From positions 2,705-66,704 of the forward strand of contig SVBN01000006.1 in the NCBI GenBank assembly GCA_015058875.1: DNA of 64,000 bases, read 5' to 3'. A model generated the notes under the pieces. It saw only the letters and a list, made by a program, of their open reading frames with translations. It searched no databases and was not told where the DNA came from. The stretch is from Erysipelotrichaceae bacterium. GTDB taxonomy: Bacteria > Bacillota_I > Bacilli_A > Erysipelotrichales > Erysipelotrichaceae. Position numbers and translations under genes: made by a program. Of this stretch, positions 52,110 through 61,295 are shown piece by piece. Positions within the stretch are counted from its first letter, which is position 1. Each line of letters opens with the position of its first letter.

Positions 52110-53147
52110 TCAGTCAAAACGGTCAAACGTTTTCAGGAAACGCAGATCGTTTGTATAGAAATTGCGGATGTCATCAATGCCGTATTTCAGCATTGCGACG
52201 CGTTCCAGACCGACGCCGAATGCGAAGCCGGAGCACTTTTCGGAATCAAATCCGTTCATTTCCAGCACATGCGGATGCACCATGCCGGCACCGAGAATCT
52301 CAATCCAGCCGGAGCCCTTGCATACGCTGCATCCCTTGCCGTTGCAGAACGGGCAGGACACATCGACTTCAACCGACGGCTCCGTGAACGGGAAGTAGGA
52401 CGGACGGAAACGGATTTTTCTTCCTTCGCCGAACATTCTGTTTGCCATGAATTCCAGAGTGCCCTTCAGGTCCGCGAGCGTCACCTTTTCGCCGACCACC
52501 AGACCTTCGCACTGCATGAACTGATGGCTGTGGGTCGCATCATCATCGTCTCTGCGGTATACCTTGCCCGGGCAGATCAGCTTGATCGGTGTCTGTCCCT
52601 TTGCCTTTTCCAATTCTCTCATCTGCATCGCCGTTGTATGGGTTCTCAGCAGCGTGTTGGGATCGACATAGAAGGTATCCTGCATATCTCTTGCCGGATG
52701 GTCCTTCGGAATATTTGCCAGTTCAAAGTTATAGTAATCCTGTTCCAGCTCCGGTCCTTCCGCAACCTTGTATCCCATGCCGAGGAACAGATCTTCCAGC
52801 TCCTGCTGAATCATGATCAGCGGATGTTCCGTACCGAGTTCAAACCGATCGGCAGGCAGTGTGATATCAATCTTTTCCTTTTCCAGTCTTGCGGCAAGTT
52901 CCACTTTCTGCAGTTCTTTCTGACGTGCTTCAATGGCTTCACCGACTTCCTGCTTGCAGAGATTCACTTTCTGGCCGAAAGCAGGCTTTTCCTCTTTGCT
53001 GAGGGATTTCATAAAGCTCATCAGCTCCTGGATCGATCCTTTCTTTCCAAGATACTGAATTCTCACCTGCTGAAGTCCCTCCAGTGATTCTGCAGCGGCG
53101 ATTGCGTCCAGAGCTGCACTCCGGACCTGTTCAATTTTGTCGTCCAT
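52110..53147 (-). CDS. pheS: Phenylalanine--tRNA ligase alpha subunit
   Basis: [39 protein letters not shown]; start MDDKIEQ with SD AGGAGG. Confidence 0.97.
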   Translation of the reverse strand: MDDKIEQVRSAALDAIAAAESLEGLQQVRIQYLGKKGSIQELMSFMKSLSKEEKPAFGQKVNLCKQEVGEAIEARQKELQKVELAARLEKEKIDITLPADRFELGTEHPLIMIQQELEDLFLGMGYKVAEGPELEQDYYNFELANIPKDHPARDMQDTFYVDPNTLLRTHTTAMQMRELEKAKGQTPIKLICPGKVYRRDDDDATHSHQFMQCEGLVVGEKVTLADLKGTLEFMANRMFGEGRKIRFRPSYFPFTEPSVEVDVSCPFCNGKGCSVCKGSGWIEILGAGMVHPHVLEMNGFDSEKCSGFAFGVGLERVAMLKYGIDDIRNFYTNDLRFLKTFDRFD

Positions 53148-53164
53148 GGCTCCTCCTGAAAAAT

Positions 53165-53388
53165 AAAAATTCCTGTATTGCATGAATACAGGAACGCTTG
53201 CATGCGCGGTACCATCCTGGTTCGCAGCCATAACGGCTGCGCGCTTAATTGATCCGTAACGGGGATTTCCGGAGATGATTGGTCTCACTGGGAAAGTGAA
53301 TTCGCCGGCTGTCTGACAGGATGCTTTCAGCAGATGCATCCCTCTCTCTGACAGACCCGTCCGGGTACTGGTCTTTCCGTAACGCTTT
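53165..53388 (-). promoter_or_regulatory. T-box riboswitch (Phe specifier) upstream of pheST
   Basis: AGAGA and GCUGAAA stem-I motifs; GAA-UUC-A specifier (UUC at 53300-53298); T-box AGGAUGGUACCGCG (53218-53205); terminator UUCCUGUAUU..AAUACAGGAA-UUUUU; promoter TTGATT-17-TATAAT (53423-53395). Confidence 0.92.
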
Positions 53389-53423
53389 AAAAAGATTATA
53401 AAATCGTGTGCGTCGAAAATCAA

Positions 53424-54137
53424 TCAAAACTCCCGGTCACGTTCCGCTTCATACAGAGAATAAAGTTCATCGAGATCGTTCACGCCGGCAATGAAGGCTT
53501 CTCCCATCAGGACAAACTCATTCCCTCCCACCAGCATGCCGCCTTTTTCCGGCAGAACCGCCACCGGAAGATTCTGTGTTTCAATGGAACGGATCAGACC
53601 GGTCAGATGAAACACATCCTGGACATAATGGGTATCCAGATCAAACCCGTGCAGCAGTCCGAGCCCCTGCCGGTATGAAAATTCCATATCTTCATCAATC
53701 GTTTTAAAATAGGCTTCCTGCTGGATCTTGGATCCGGCGCTCAGTCCCATCACAATGCCGTTGTACGAACGGATTGTGCCGGTCAGACACAGATCATCCA
53801 GCCGTTCCATGCAGGCATCCGGATCTTCTCCGACCAGAACAAGCAGATCACTGCGCAGAATCCGGCGCTCCATTTCCTCCGGGTCATCGCTGTAATAGTC
53901 GAGAACAGAGATATCTTCACCGCTGATGCCGTAGCTGCGCAGGGGCCGCAGAAGATCATAGCTGTAGGCGGAATCATCATCGTAGCGCAGCCGCCAGTCA
54001 TCGGCGTCGCTCGCCCACCCGTAATCATAGCTCAGCGGAAGAATCACGGTCCTCATATGCGGTTTCAGAATCTGAACCAGCGTCTCAGCCGCCCAGGGCT
54101 GGTCGAAATTTGTACTGTTTAGCAGAATATTGATCAT
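53424..54137 (-). CDS. Peptidase S51 / type-1 glutamine amidotransferase-like protein
   Basis: Nucleophile elbow MGLSAGS, GLGL, DTHY. Confidence 0.75.
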   Translation of the reverse strand: MINILLNSTNFDQPWAAETLVQILKPHMRTVILPLSYDYGWASDADDWRLRYDDDSAYSYDLLRPLRSYGISGEDISVLDYYSDDPEEMERRILRSDLLVLVGEDPDACMERLDDLCLTGTIRSYNGIVMGLSAGSKIQQEAYFKTIDEDMEFSYRQGLGLLHGFDLDTHYVQDVFHLTGLIRSIETQNLPVAVLPEKGGMLVGGNEFVLMGEAFIAGVNDLDELYSLYEAERDREF

Positions 54138-54196
54138 ACCAGCGATTATAGCAGAGTTTTTGGACTGCGGCAGTCTGTTTGCGATATGATATGGCT

Positions 54197-54469
54197 ATGA
54201 AAAGATATCATGTCATTGTATCCGGTCAGGTGCAGGGCGTCGGGTTCCGCTATTTTGCGATGTATACCGCAAAAGACTGCCGCATCACCGGAAGTGTCAG
54301 AAATATGTCCAACGGAATGGTTGATATGTATGTCCAGGGAGAAGAGCGGGATATTGATCAGTACCTGGATCTGATAAAGGAAGGCATCGGTTTTATCCGT
54401 GTGGACGACATGCGCGTCAAACCGGTTCCCATCGTGGAAGGAGAGCAGGAATTTATCTGCCTGTACTGA
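54197..54469 (+). CDS. acyP: Acylphosphatase (copy 1)
   Basis: VSGQVQGVGFR, GSVRN, VQG. Confidence 0.88.
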   Translation: MKRYHVIVSGQVQGVGFRYFAMYTAKDCRITGSVRNMSNGMVDMYVQGEERDIDQYLDLIKEGIGFIRVDDMRVKPVPIVEGEQEFICLY

Positions 54470-54471
54470 AT

Positions 54472-55221
54472 ATGATACGTTCAAATCTTGTGAAGGCAGC
54501 ACTGGCGGTTGCCGCAGCCGCAATAACGACAGCCCATTATTTCGGCGTTTTTGAAGACGGGAACGATGACAGCTACGCACCTTCTTCCCTGATCAGCGAT
54601 CCTCATTCACCGCTGAAAAACATGAAGACGCTGTGGCTCGGTTCCTCCTTTACCGGAGGGCTCCGCTCAAAAGGACACGGCATTGCCGAATATGTCACGG
54701 AACAGAACGGCATGCATATGACCCGCATGGATGCCGTATCGGGTTCTCCCCTGCCTTCATCCGCACAGAATTCCGGCGTCAGGCGCCTGCAGCATAATTT
54801 TGCCGGCGTCACATCGGCCGATCTCTTCTTTCTTGAAATATCTCCGGAAGATGCAGGGACGGAACGGGGAAGGATTTCCGGTTCCGGAAACCGGTTTTCC
54901 ATGAATACCGGCACATATTGCGGGGCGCTGGAATACTGCATTCTGTACGCCCGGCAGATGTGGAATCCCCGGATTATTCTCTTCACCCATCCCTACAGCA
55001 ATGATTCCGGCTATGAATCACTGATCAAAGACGCACAAAGAATTGCGGAAATATATCACGTTGATCTGATCGATCTGTATCATGACAGAACACTGCTCAA
55101 TCCCGATCCTGTGCGGCGGAAATTCTGGATGAATGAAGGACTGCTGACCATGGCGGGCTGCCGCGACTGGATCACACCGCATTTCTCAGAGCAGCTGAAG
55201 AAAATCATCGGAGGGGAATAA
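54472..55221 (+). CDS. SGNH/GDSL-like protein with N-terminal anchor, catalytic His apparently missing
   Basis: Block I LWLGSSFT, AVSG, IILFT, IDLY; block V reads MNEGLLT instead of DxxH. Confidence 0.6.
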   Translation: MIRSNLVKAALAVAAAAITTAHYFGVFEDGNDDSYAPSSLISDPHSPLKNMKTLWLGSSFTGGLRSKGHGIAEYVTEQNGMHMTRMDAVSGSPLPSSAQNSGVRRLQHNFAGVTSADLFFLEISPEDAGTERGRISGSGNRFSMNTGTYCGALEYCILYARQMWNPRIILFTHPYSNDSGYESLIKDAQRIAEIYHVDLIDLYHDRTLLNPDPVRRKFWMNEGLLTMAGCRDWITPHFSEQLKKIIGGE

Positions 55222-55493
55222 TGAAACGCTATCAGGCAATTGTATCCGGCAGAGTTCAGGATGTCGGATTCCGCACATTCGCGACCATGAATGCAAACCA
55301 GTGTCATCTGACCGGCGAAGTCACCAATCTGGAAAACGGAGATGTCGAGGTCATCATCCAGGGAGAGCAGAAAGATATCGATGCTTTCCTGGAGCTGACC
55401 CGCAAAGGCAACCGCTTTATCCGGGTTGACAATATCCGGCTGAAGATGCTGACGGTTGTGGAAGGAGAGAAGAAGTTTACCTACCGCTGGTAA
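55221..55493 (+). CDS. acyP: Acylphosphatase (copy 2)
   Basis: VSGRVQDVGFR, GEVTNLENGDVEV.IQG. Confidence 0.82.
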   Translation: MKRYQAIVSGRVQDVGFRTFATMNANQCHLTGEVTNLENGDVEVIIQGEQKDIDAFLELTRKGNRFIRVDNIRLKMLTVVEGEKKFTYRW

Positions 55494-55527
55494 GCTTTTT
55501 TTCACCTCTTCGGAACCGGTTTTCAAA

Positions 55528-55541
55528 TGTAACCGTTTACT
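55528..55541. promoter_or_regulatory. cre-like site upstream of adhE
   Basis: TGTAACCGTTTACT, 13/14 match to TGWAANCGNTNWCA. Confidence 0.55.
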
Positions 55542-55606
55542 TGTGATTTTTTTATCATTTGCTGTTGCAATCTGTTTTTCCTTATGGTATTTTCTTGTCA
55601 GCGAAT

Positions 55607-55624
55607 AAGTGAATTATTTCACAG
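55607..55624. promoter_or_regulatory. Rex operator upstream of adhE (weaker second copy at 55541-55558)
   Basis: AAGTGAA-ttat-TTCACAG versus TTGTGAA-N4-TTCACAA, abutting the SD; adhE is a classic Rex target. Confidence 0.7.
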
Positions 55625-55633
55625 GAGGTATTT

Positions 55634-58327
55634 ATGGCAGATCGCAAAAAGAAAACCACAGCCGAAACAGCTTCCCCCGCACCGGTTCAGAACGGTCCGG
55701 TTCAGGTTGAGGAAGTGAATGAAAAAGTCGCAAAAGCCCTGAAGGCATTGGAAGAATACGCTTCCTTTGATCAGGAAAAAATCGATTATATCGTCGCAAA
55801 ATGTTCTGTTGCAGCGCTGGATCAGCACGGAGCACTCGCAAAGCTTGCCGTCGAGGAGACAGGAAGAGGCGTCTTTGAAGACAAAGCCACAAAGAATCTG
55901 TTTGCCTGCGAATATGTCGTAAACAATATGCGTCACCAGAAGACCGTCGGCATCGTTGAAGAAGATGCGGTCCAGGGACTGATCTATGTTGCCGAGCCGG
56001 TCGGCGTCGTAGCCGGCATCACGCCGGTCACCAATCCGACATCCACGGCAATCTTCAAATCACTGATCTGCCTGAAGACAAGAAATCCGATTATCTTCGC
56101 ATTCCATCCGAATGCCCAGAATTCTTCCGCAGCCGCCGCAAAGGTTGTCTATGATGCGGCGATCGCGGCAGGTGCTCCGGAAAACTGCATTCAATGGATT
56201 GAGCACCCTTCCATGGATGCGACAAGCGCATTGATGAACCATCCGGGCGTTTCCACAATTCTTGCGACCGGCGGAAACGCAATGGTCAGAGCTGCCTATT
56301 CCTGCGGGAAGCCGGCCCTTGGCGTCGGTGCAGGCAACGTTCCGGCATATATTGAAACAACCGCAAATATCCGCCAGGCAGTCAACGACATCGCAATGTC
56401 CAAGGCATTCGACAACGGCATGGTCTGCGCTTCCGAACAGGCCGTAATTGCCGATAAGGAAATCTATTCCCTCGTCAAAGAAGAATTCATTCATTACAAT
56501 GTCCACTTCTGCACGGAAGAGGAAAAGGAAAAGCTGGAACTGTTCATGTTCGGATACAAATCCTTCTCCGAAGGATGCGGGAACGCAAAACTGAACGGAA
56601 CCGTTGCCGGCAAGAGCGCATACTGGATTGCCCAGCAGGCAGGTTTTGAAGTAGATAAGAAGACAAGCATTCTGATGGTGGAATGCAGTGAAGTCGGTCC
56701 GAATGAGCCGCTGACAAGAGAAAAGCTCTCACCGGTACTGGCAATGCTGAAAGCGGACAGTGTGGAAGACGGACTGAACAAAGCCGAGGCCATGGTCATG
56801 TTCAACGGCATCGGACACAGTGCCGCAATCCACACCTCCAACAAAGCGCTCGTGGAAGAATTCGGCAAACGCATCAAGGCATGCCGCATTATCTGGAACT
56901 CCCCTTCCACATTCGGCGGAATCGGAAATATCTACAACTCCTTTATTCCTTCCCTGACGCTGGGATGCGGATCCTACGGACACAACAGCGTATCCGGCAA
57001 TGTCAGCACGGTTGATCTGCTGAATATCAAGAAAGTGGGACAGAGGAGAAATAATATGCAGTGGTTCAAGATCCCTTCCAAGATCTATATTGAGAGAAAC
57101 TCCATTGAATACCTCCATGACATGCGTGAAATGTCCAAGGTATTCATCGTTGCCGACCAGTCCATGGTCAGACTCGGATTTGTCACAAGAGTTACCGATC
57201 AGCTGGAAAGCCGCTCTTCCCGCGGCCGCGGCAAAGTTACCTATGAACTGTTCTGCGACGTGGAACCGGATCCTTCCATCCAGACAGTCCGCAAGGGACT
57301 CACGCTGATGCAGGCATTTGAACCGGATACCATCATCGCAATCGGCGGCGGTTCCGTCATGGATGCCGCAAAGGGCATGTGGCTGTTCTATGAACATCCG
57401 GAAGTCAATTTCGACGATCTGAAACAGAAGTTTATGGATATCCGCAAGCGCGCATTCCGCTATCCGGAGCTCGGCAAAAAGGCAAGCCTCGTATGCATTC
57501 CGACCACATCCGGCACAGGTTCCGAAGTTACGCCGTTCGCAGTTATTACGGACAAGGAAACACATATCAAGTATCCGCTGACCGACTACTCCCTGACGCC
57601 GACCGTCGCAATCATTGACCCGGCGCTTACCATGAATCTGCCGAAGACCGTCACAGCCAATACCGGTATGGACGTTCTGACCCACGCCGTGGAAGCGTAT
57701 GTTTCCGTCCTGGCTTCCGACTTTACGGATGCCCTCGCCCTCAAGGCGGTTCAGATGGTATTCGACTACCTGCCGAGAGCCGTCCATAACGGGCCGAACG
57801 ATCCCGAAGCACGTGAAAAGATGCATAATGCCTCCGCAATGGCAGGCATGGCATTCGCCAATGCATTCCTGGGCATGAACCACTCCATGGCGCACAAGAT
57901 CGGTGCCGAATTCGGCGTACCGCACGGACAGGCCAATGCAATCCTTCTGCCTTATACAATCCGCTACAACGGCACCAAGCCGGAGAAACCGGGCGTGTGG
58001 CCGAAGTACAACTATTACAAGGCGGATGAGCGCTATGCACAGCTTGCCAAAGCGCTGGGCTTCCCTGTCAGTTCCGTTGAGGAAGGCGTCGAAGTATTTG
58101 CTCATGCCGTATGGCAGCTCGGTGAAGACTGCGGCATCTCCATGCGCTTCAACAGCATCCCTTACCTGAATGAGGAAGACTGGATGAACGCAGCTGAAAA
58201 GCTCTCCTACCTCGCATATGAGGATCAGTGCTCTCCTGCCAATCCGCGTGTTCCGATGGTCGAGGACATGCAGGAAATCCTGCGGAAAGCATGGACCGGC
58301 GAAGTCATCGAATACGATCATCATTAA
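55634..58327 (+). CDS. adhE: Bifunctional acetaldehyde-CoA/alcohol dehydrogenase
   Basis: TPVTNPTST, LATGG, DNGMVCASEQ, TLGCGSYG, GGGSVMDAAK, GMDVLTHAVEAY, HSMAHK. Confidence 0.97.
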   Translation: MADRKKKTTAETASPAPVQNGPVQVEEVNEKVAKALKALEEYASFDQEKIDYIVAKCSVAALDQHGALAKLAVEETGRGVFEDKATKNLFACEYVVNNMRHQKTVGIVEEDAVQGLIYVAEPVGVVAGITPVTNPTSTAIFKSLICLKTRNPIIFAFHPNAQNSSAAAAKVVYDAAIAAGAPENCIQWIEHPSMDATSALMNHPGVSTILATGGNAMVRAAYSCGKPALGVGAGNVPAYIETTANIRQAVNDIAMSKAFDNGMVCASEQAVIADKEIYSLVKEEFIHYNVHFCTEEEKEKLELFMFGYKSFSEGCGNAKLNGTVAGKSAYWIAQQAGFEVDKKTSILMVECSEVGPNEPLTREKLSPVLAMLKADSVEDGLNKAEAMVMFNGIGHSAAIHTSNKALVEEFGKRIKACRIIWNSPSTFGGIGNIYNSFIPSLTLGCGSYGHNSVSGNVSTVDLLNIKKVGQRRNNMQWFKIPSKIYIERNSIEYLHDMREMSKVFIVADQSMVRLGFVTRVTDQLESRSSRGRGKVTYELFCDVEPDPSIQTVRKGLTLMQAFEPDTIIAIGGGSVMDAAKGMWLFYEHPEVNFDDLKQKFMDIRKRAFRYPELGKKASLVCIPTTSGTGSEVTPFAVITDKETHIKYPLTDYSLTPTVAIIDPALTMNLPKTVTANTGMDVLTHAVEAYVSVLASDFTDALALKAVQMVFDYLPRAVHNGPNDPEAREKMHNASAMAGMAFANAFLGMNHSMAHKIGAEFGVPHGQANAILLPYTIRYNGTKPEKPGVWPKYNYYKADERYAQLAKALGFPVSSVEEGVEVFAHAVWQLGEDCGISMRFNSIPYLNEEDWMNAAEKLSYLAYEDQCSPANPRVPMVEDMQEILRKAWTGEVIEYDHH

Positions 58328-58331
58328 TCCA

Positions 58332-58362
58332 ACGGGATACGGAGCACATCCGTATCCTTTTT
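58332..58362 (+). terminator. Intrinsic terminator after adhE
   Basis: GGATACGGA-gcaca-TCCGTATCC-TTTTT. Confidence 0.85.
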
Positions 58363-58411
58363 TAAGCCATCGTCCTGTACAATGAAGCTGTACCAGGGAG
58401 GATAAACAGAT

Positions 58412-59284
58412 ATGAAATACGCCATTCCTCTGACAGTGCTCTGTCTGTTCATGACAGGCTGTGCTTCCCAAAAGCAGAACGATCCGATACAGGAAACAGA
58501 AACACCGGAAGAAACCGTTTATGAGTACAACGGAAACCCTCTCATGTTCCGCCCGCAGGATGAAAATGCGGTATATCTTCTGGAAGACGGGCTTTCCCTG
58601 CAGTTTAAAGGCAGTATGCAGAATGCGGACTGCTGCGAAGAAACGTCGTGTCTTGTATATGATACTGTCCTTCTCAAAGGCAAAAGCGAAACCGAGCTGG
58701 AACTGTTTGAAAACCGTTCTCTTCCGCTGAATTCTGATACCGGATATATGATCCTTCAGAAAATGGAGCCGCTCTATTTCCTCAGTTTCAATGATGAACA
58801 GCAGTATGACAATTCATGTGCCTGTGTGTTCGATGCGGAAGGAAATATCCTTCAGGAATTCGATCATGTCGCCATCACAATGAATACCGTTTATGTCAAT
58901 CAGTTTCTTGTCACTTATCCCCGCGGCAAAAGCGGAAATGACTGCGATGCATCACAGATGTGTCCTTATGAAGAAGTCTGGAGTGTTACGGAGGAAGGTC
59001 TGGAATACGGACCTCTGATGTCCGGGATGAGTGCACAGGATACAGAAAAATGGACGAATGCCCTGCTGGAGGTTTATCCCGACCTCAGAGCCTATGCGGC
59101 GGATCCGGATAATTTTACCGAAACGATCGAACTGGACGGACATCTCTGCCGTATCGCTTATTTCGGAACCGTTCAGCCCAACGGCTGGTTTACCCGGGAG
59201 CGGACATTTGCCGTTGCGGAAGACTGCTCCGTCATTTATGAATACAATACTGCAGAAGATACGTGGTATTACGAAGAACACTGA
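58412..59284 (+). CDS. Hypothetical Cys-rich lipoprotein
   Basis: Lipobox MTGC, SD GGAGG; 9 further Cys in the mature part. Confidence 0.72.
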   Translation: MKYAIPLTVLCLFMTGCASQKQNDPIQETETPEETVYEYNGNPLMFRPQDENAVYLLEDGLSLQFKGSMQNADCCEETSCLVYDTVLLKGKSETELELFENRSLPLNSDTGYMILQKMEPLYFLSFNDEQQYDNSCACVFDAEGNILQEFDHVAITMNTVYVNQFLVTYPRGKSGNDCDASQMCPYEEVWSVTEEGLEYGPLMSGMSAQDTEKWTNALLEVYPDLRAYAADPDNFTETIELDGHLCRIAYFGTVQPNGWFTRERTFAVAEDCSVIYEYNTAEDTWYYEEH

Positions 59285-59362
59285 CAGACAGTCTGCGCAA
59301 AGCGGACTGTTTTTTCATACGCAAAAACACACGGATCCGGGGGGATCCGTGCGCCGAAGGGG

Positions 59363-60247
59363 TTATTGATGTTCGTCGTAATACAGAGCCAGCGCTCCCA
59401 TAATATTGGAGGTGTTATGGAAGCGGCACGGCATGATATCCGCATGTTTTACATCCAATGAATACATCCGGTAGATTTCTTCATATTTATTCCGCATGGA
59501 TTCAATAAACAGATCGTCCCGGCTGATCCCTCCGCCGATTACAAACCGTTCGGGATCAAGCACCATCTGGAGCGTGAAAAGCACATTGGTGAATTCATTC
59601 ATGTATTCATCCAGCAGCCCGCATGCCTGTTCATCCTTTTCGCGGACCAGTTTCATCAGGATTTCCCCGTCCAGATCTTCCTTCTGCATACGCTGCTTTG
59701 CTTTTGCCAGAAATCCGGGCATGCCGCAGTGTGCAGACCAGATTGCATTCAGTCCGTTTCTGCGGATATCATCCGTCAGGAAGAGTGAGATCTGTCCGCC
59801 GTAGCCGTGGCTGCCGGCCTCGATCCTGCCGTTTCTGACATATGCTCCGCCGATTCCGGTTCCGATGACCAGAACATAACCCGAACGGATCCCCTGCAGA
59901 TTGCCGATCCTGGATTCCGCATACGCTGCCAGCCTGCCGTCATTTTCGAATGATACCGGCAGTCCGAAGGTCGCTTCGAATACTTTTCTGACCGGCTTTC
60001 CGAGACCGTATGTCAATGCACCGAACGGAACGAGGTATCCTGTTTCCGGATCCTCCATGCCGGGATAGCTGACTGCCAGTCCCTCAAATTTCATTTCCGG
60101 ATGCGAATTCATGATTTCCTTCACTGCATCCGTCAGATGTTCCAGGGAATCCTGCGGTGTGGGAAACTTTCCGGTTTCCTTCAGGTCATAACCCTCCGCA
60201 GCCGCCCATTTTATGAACGTACCGCCGATATCCAGTGCCAGAATCAT
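59363..60247 (-). CDS. ROK-family sugar kinase
   Basis: LALDIGGTFIK, FENDG, IGTGIGG, G.HGYGGQ, VIGGGIS. Confidence 0.9.
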   Translation of the reverse strand: MILALDIGGTFIKWAAAEGYDLKETGKFPTPQDSLEHLTDAVKEIMNSHPEMKFEGLAVSYPGMEDPETGYLVPFGALTYGLGKPVRKVFEATFGLPVSFENDGRLAAYAESRIGNLQGIRSGYVLVIGTGIGGAYVRNGRIEAGSHGYGGQISLFLTDDIRRNGLNAIWSAHCGMPGFLAKAKQRMQKEDLDGEILMKLVREKDEQACGLLDEYMNEFTNVLFTLQMVLDPERFVIGGGISRDDLFIESMRNKYEEIYRMYSLDVKHADIMPCRFHNTSNIMGALALYYDEHQ

Positions 60248-61233
60248 AATGCTTCGTCCGCCGGGAAAATAATTCCGGCTTCTTTTCTTGCCTCTGTCTG
60301 GATCTTTGATACAAGTGCGCTCTCTGCCAGCGCTTCATAGCATGTTTTCAGATCCTTCTGTTCCATGCAGCGGCGGAAATGCAGGAATTCGCATTCCAAT
60401 CTGCTTTCCGGATTCAGTTCGTATTTTTCTTCCGTACCGTCATTCCGGTGAAGTGTGATATCCATGCAGAAATTGGCCGGTGTATCCATCAGGAGATATC
60501 CCTCCGTCCCCTGGATCACATAGCGCCACGGTGCGCTGCAGTCCTTTGCGGCGATGCTCACAGCGCGGAATGTGCCGTAGTCCAGCGTCATAACTCCGGA
60601 GGTATCGATGCCGCGCTCAATATTTGCCTCATAGTGAACCGACTGCGGTTCTCCGAACAGTCCGACCAGCCATGCCAGATTATAGAGTCCGATATCCATC
60701 AGGGCGCCGCCGGATTTCTTCGGATCGAATGCCGGAAGAACCATGCCTTCGCGGAACGCATCATAGCGTCTGGAATAGTTGCTGAAGTTGCAGGAAACGA
60801 CCTTGATTGTTCCGATTTCGGAAAGCAGTTCTTTTGTCTTCAGGAAGGTCGGAAGATAAACCGTTGTGATTGCCTCAAACAGGAAGAGGCCCGCTTCCTT
60901 CGCGGATGTTTCCAGCTCACATGCCTCTCTGTAGTTGCTGGTAAGAGGCTTTTCGCAGATAATGTTCTTTCCTGCTTTCAGGCCGTCCTTTACAAAGCTG
61001 TAATGCAGGAAGTTGGGAACCGCGACATAAACCGTATCGACGTTCCCGTCCTTCAGCATTTCCGCATAATCCGTATAATATACGCCGTTTCCGTATGTTT
61101 CGGCGAGTTCTTTTGTTTCTTCGGCTGTGGCGGGAGTGCCGCATACCGCAGCCACTTCATAGCCCCACTGTGATACAAGAGGAAGTACTTCCTTTACAAT
61201 AATGCCTGTTCCGGCAACACCCAGTCTGATCAT
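60244..61233 (-). CDS. Gfo/Idh/MocA-family oxidoreductase
   Basis: GVAGTG, VPNFLH, ICEKP, GGALMDIGLY. Confidence 0.9.
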   Translation of the reverse strand: MIRLGVAGTGIIVKEVLPLVSQWGYEVAAVCGTPATAEETKELAETYGNGVYYTDYAEMLKDGNVDTVYVAVPNFLHYSFVKDGLKAGKNIICEKPLTSNYREACELETSAKEAGLFLFEAITTVYLPTFLKTKELLSEIGTIKVVSCNFSNYSRRYDAFREGMVLPAFDPKKSGGALMDIGLYNLAWLVGLFGEPQSVHYEANIERGIDTSGVMTLDYGTFRAVSIAAKDCSAPWRYVIQGTEGYLLMDTPANFCMDITLHRNDGTEEKYELNPESRLECEFLHFRRCMEQKDLKTCYEALAESALVSKIQTEARKEAGIIFPADEAL

Positions 61234-61295
61234 CTTTTTTCTCCTTGTGTCTGAATATGCCGGGAGGTTTCCCTCCCGGGCATTGATTCATTACG

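Noticed and set aside
56729-58471. 580-aa antisense ORF over adhE, and similar long shadows at 1679-2968, 8111-9046, 14184-15740, 16394-17704, 23643-24806 and 33822-34913
   Set aside because: They lie opposite well-conserved genes, have no family motifs or SD, and are the expected by-product of biased codon usage in GC-rich genes
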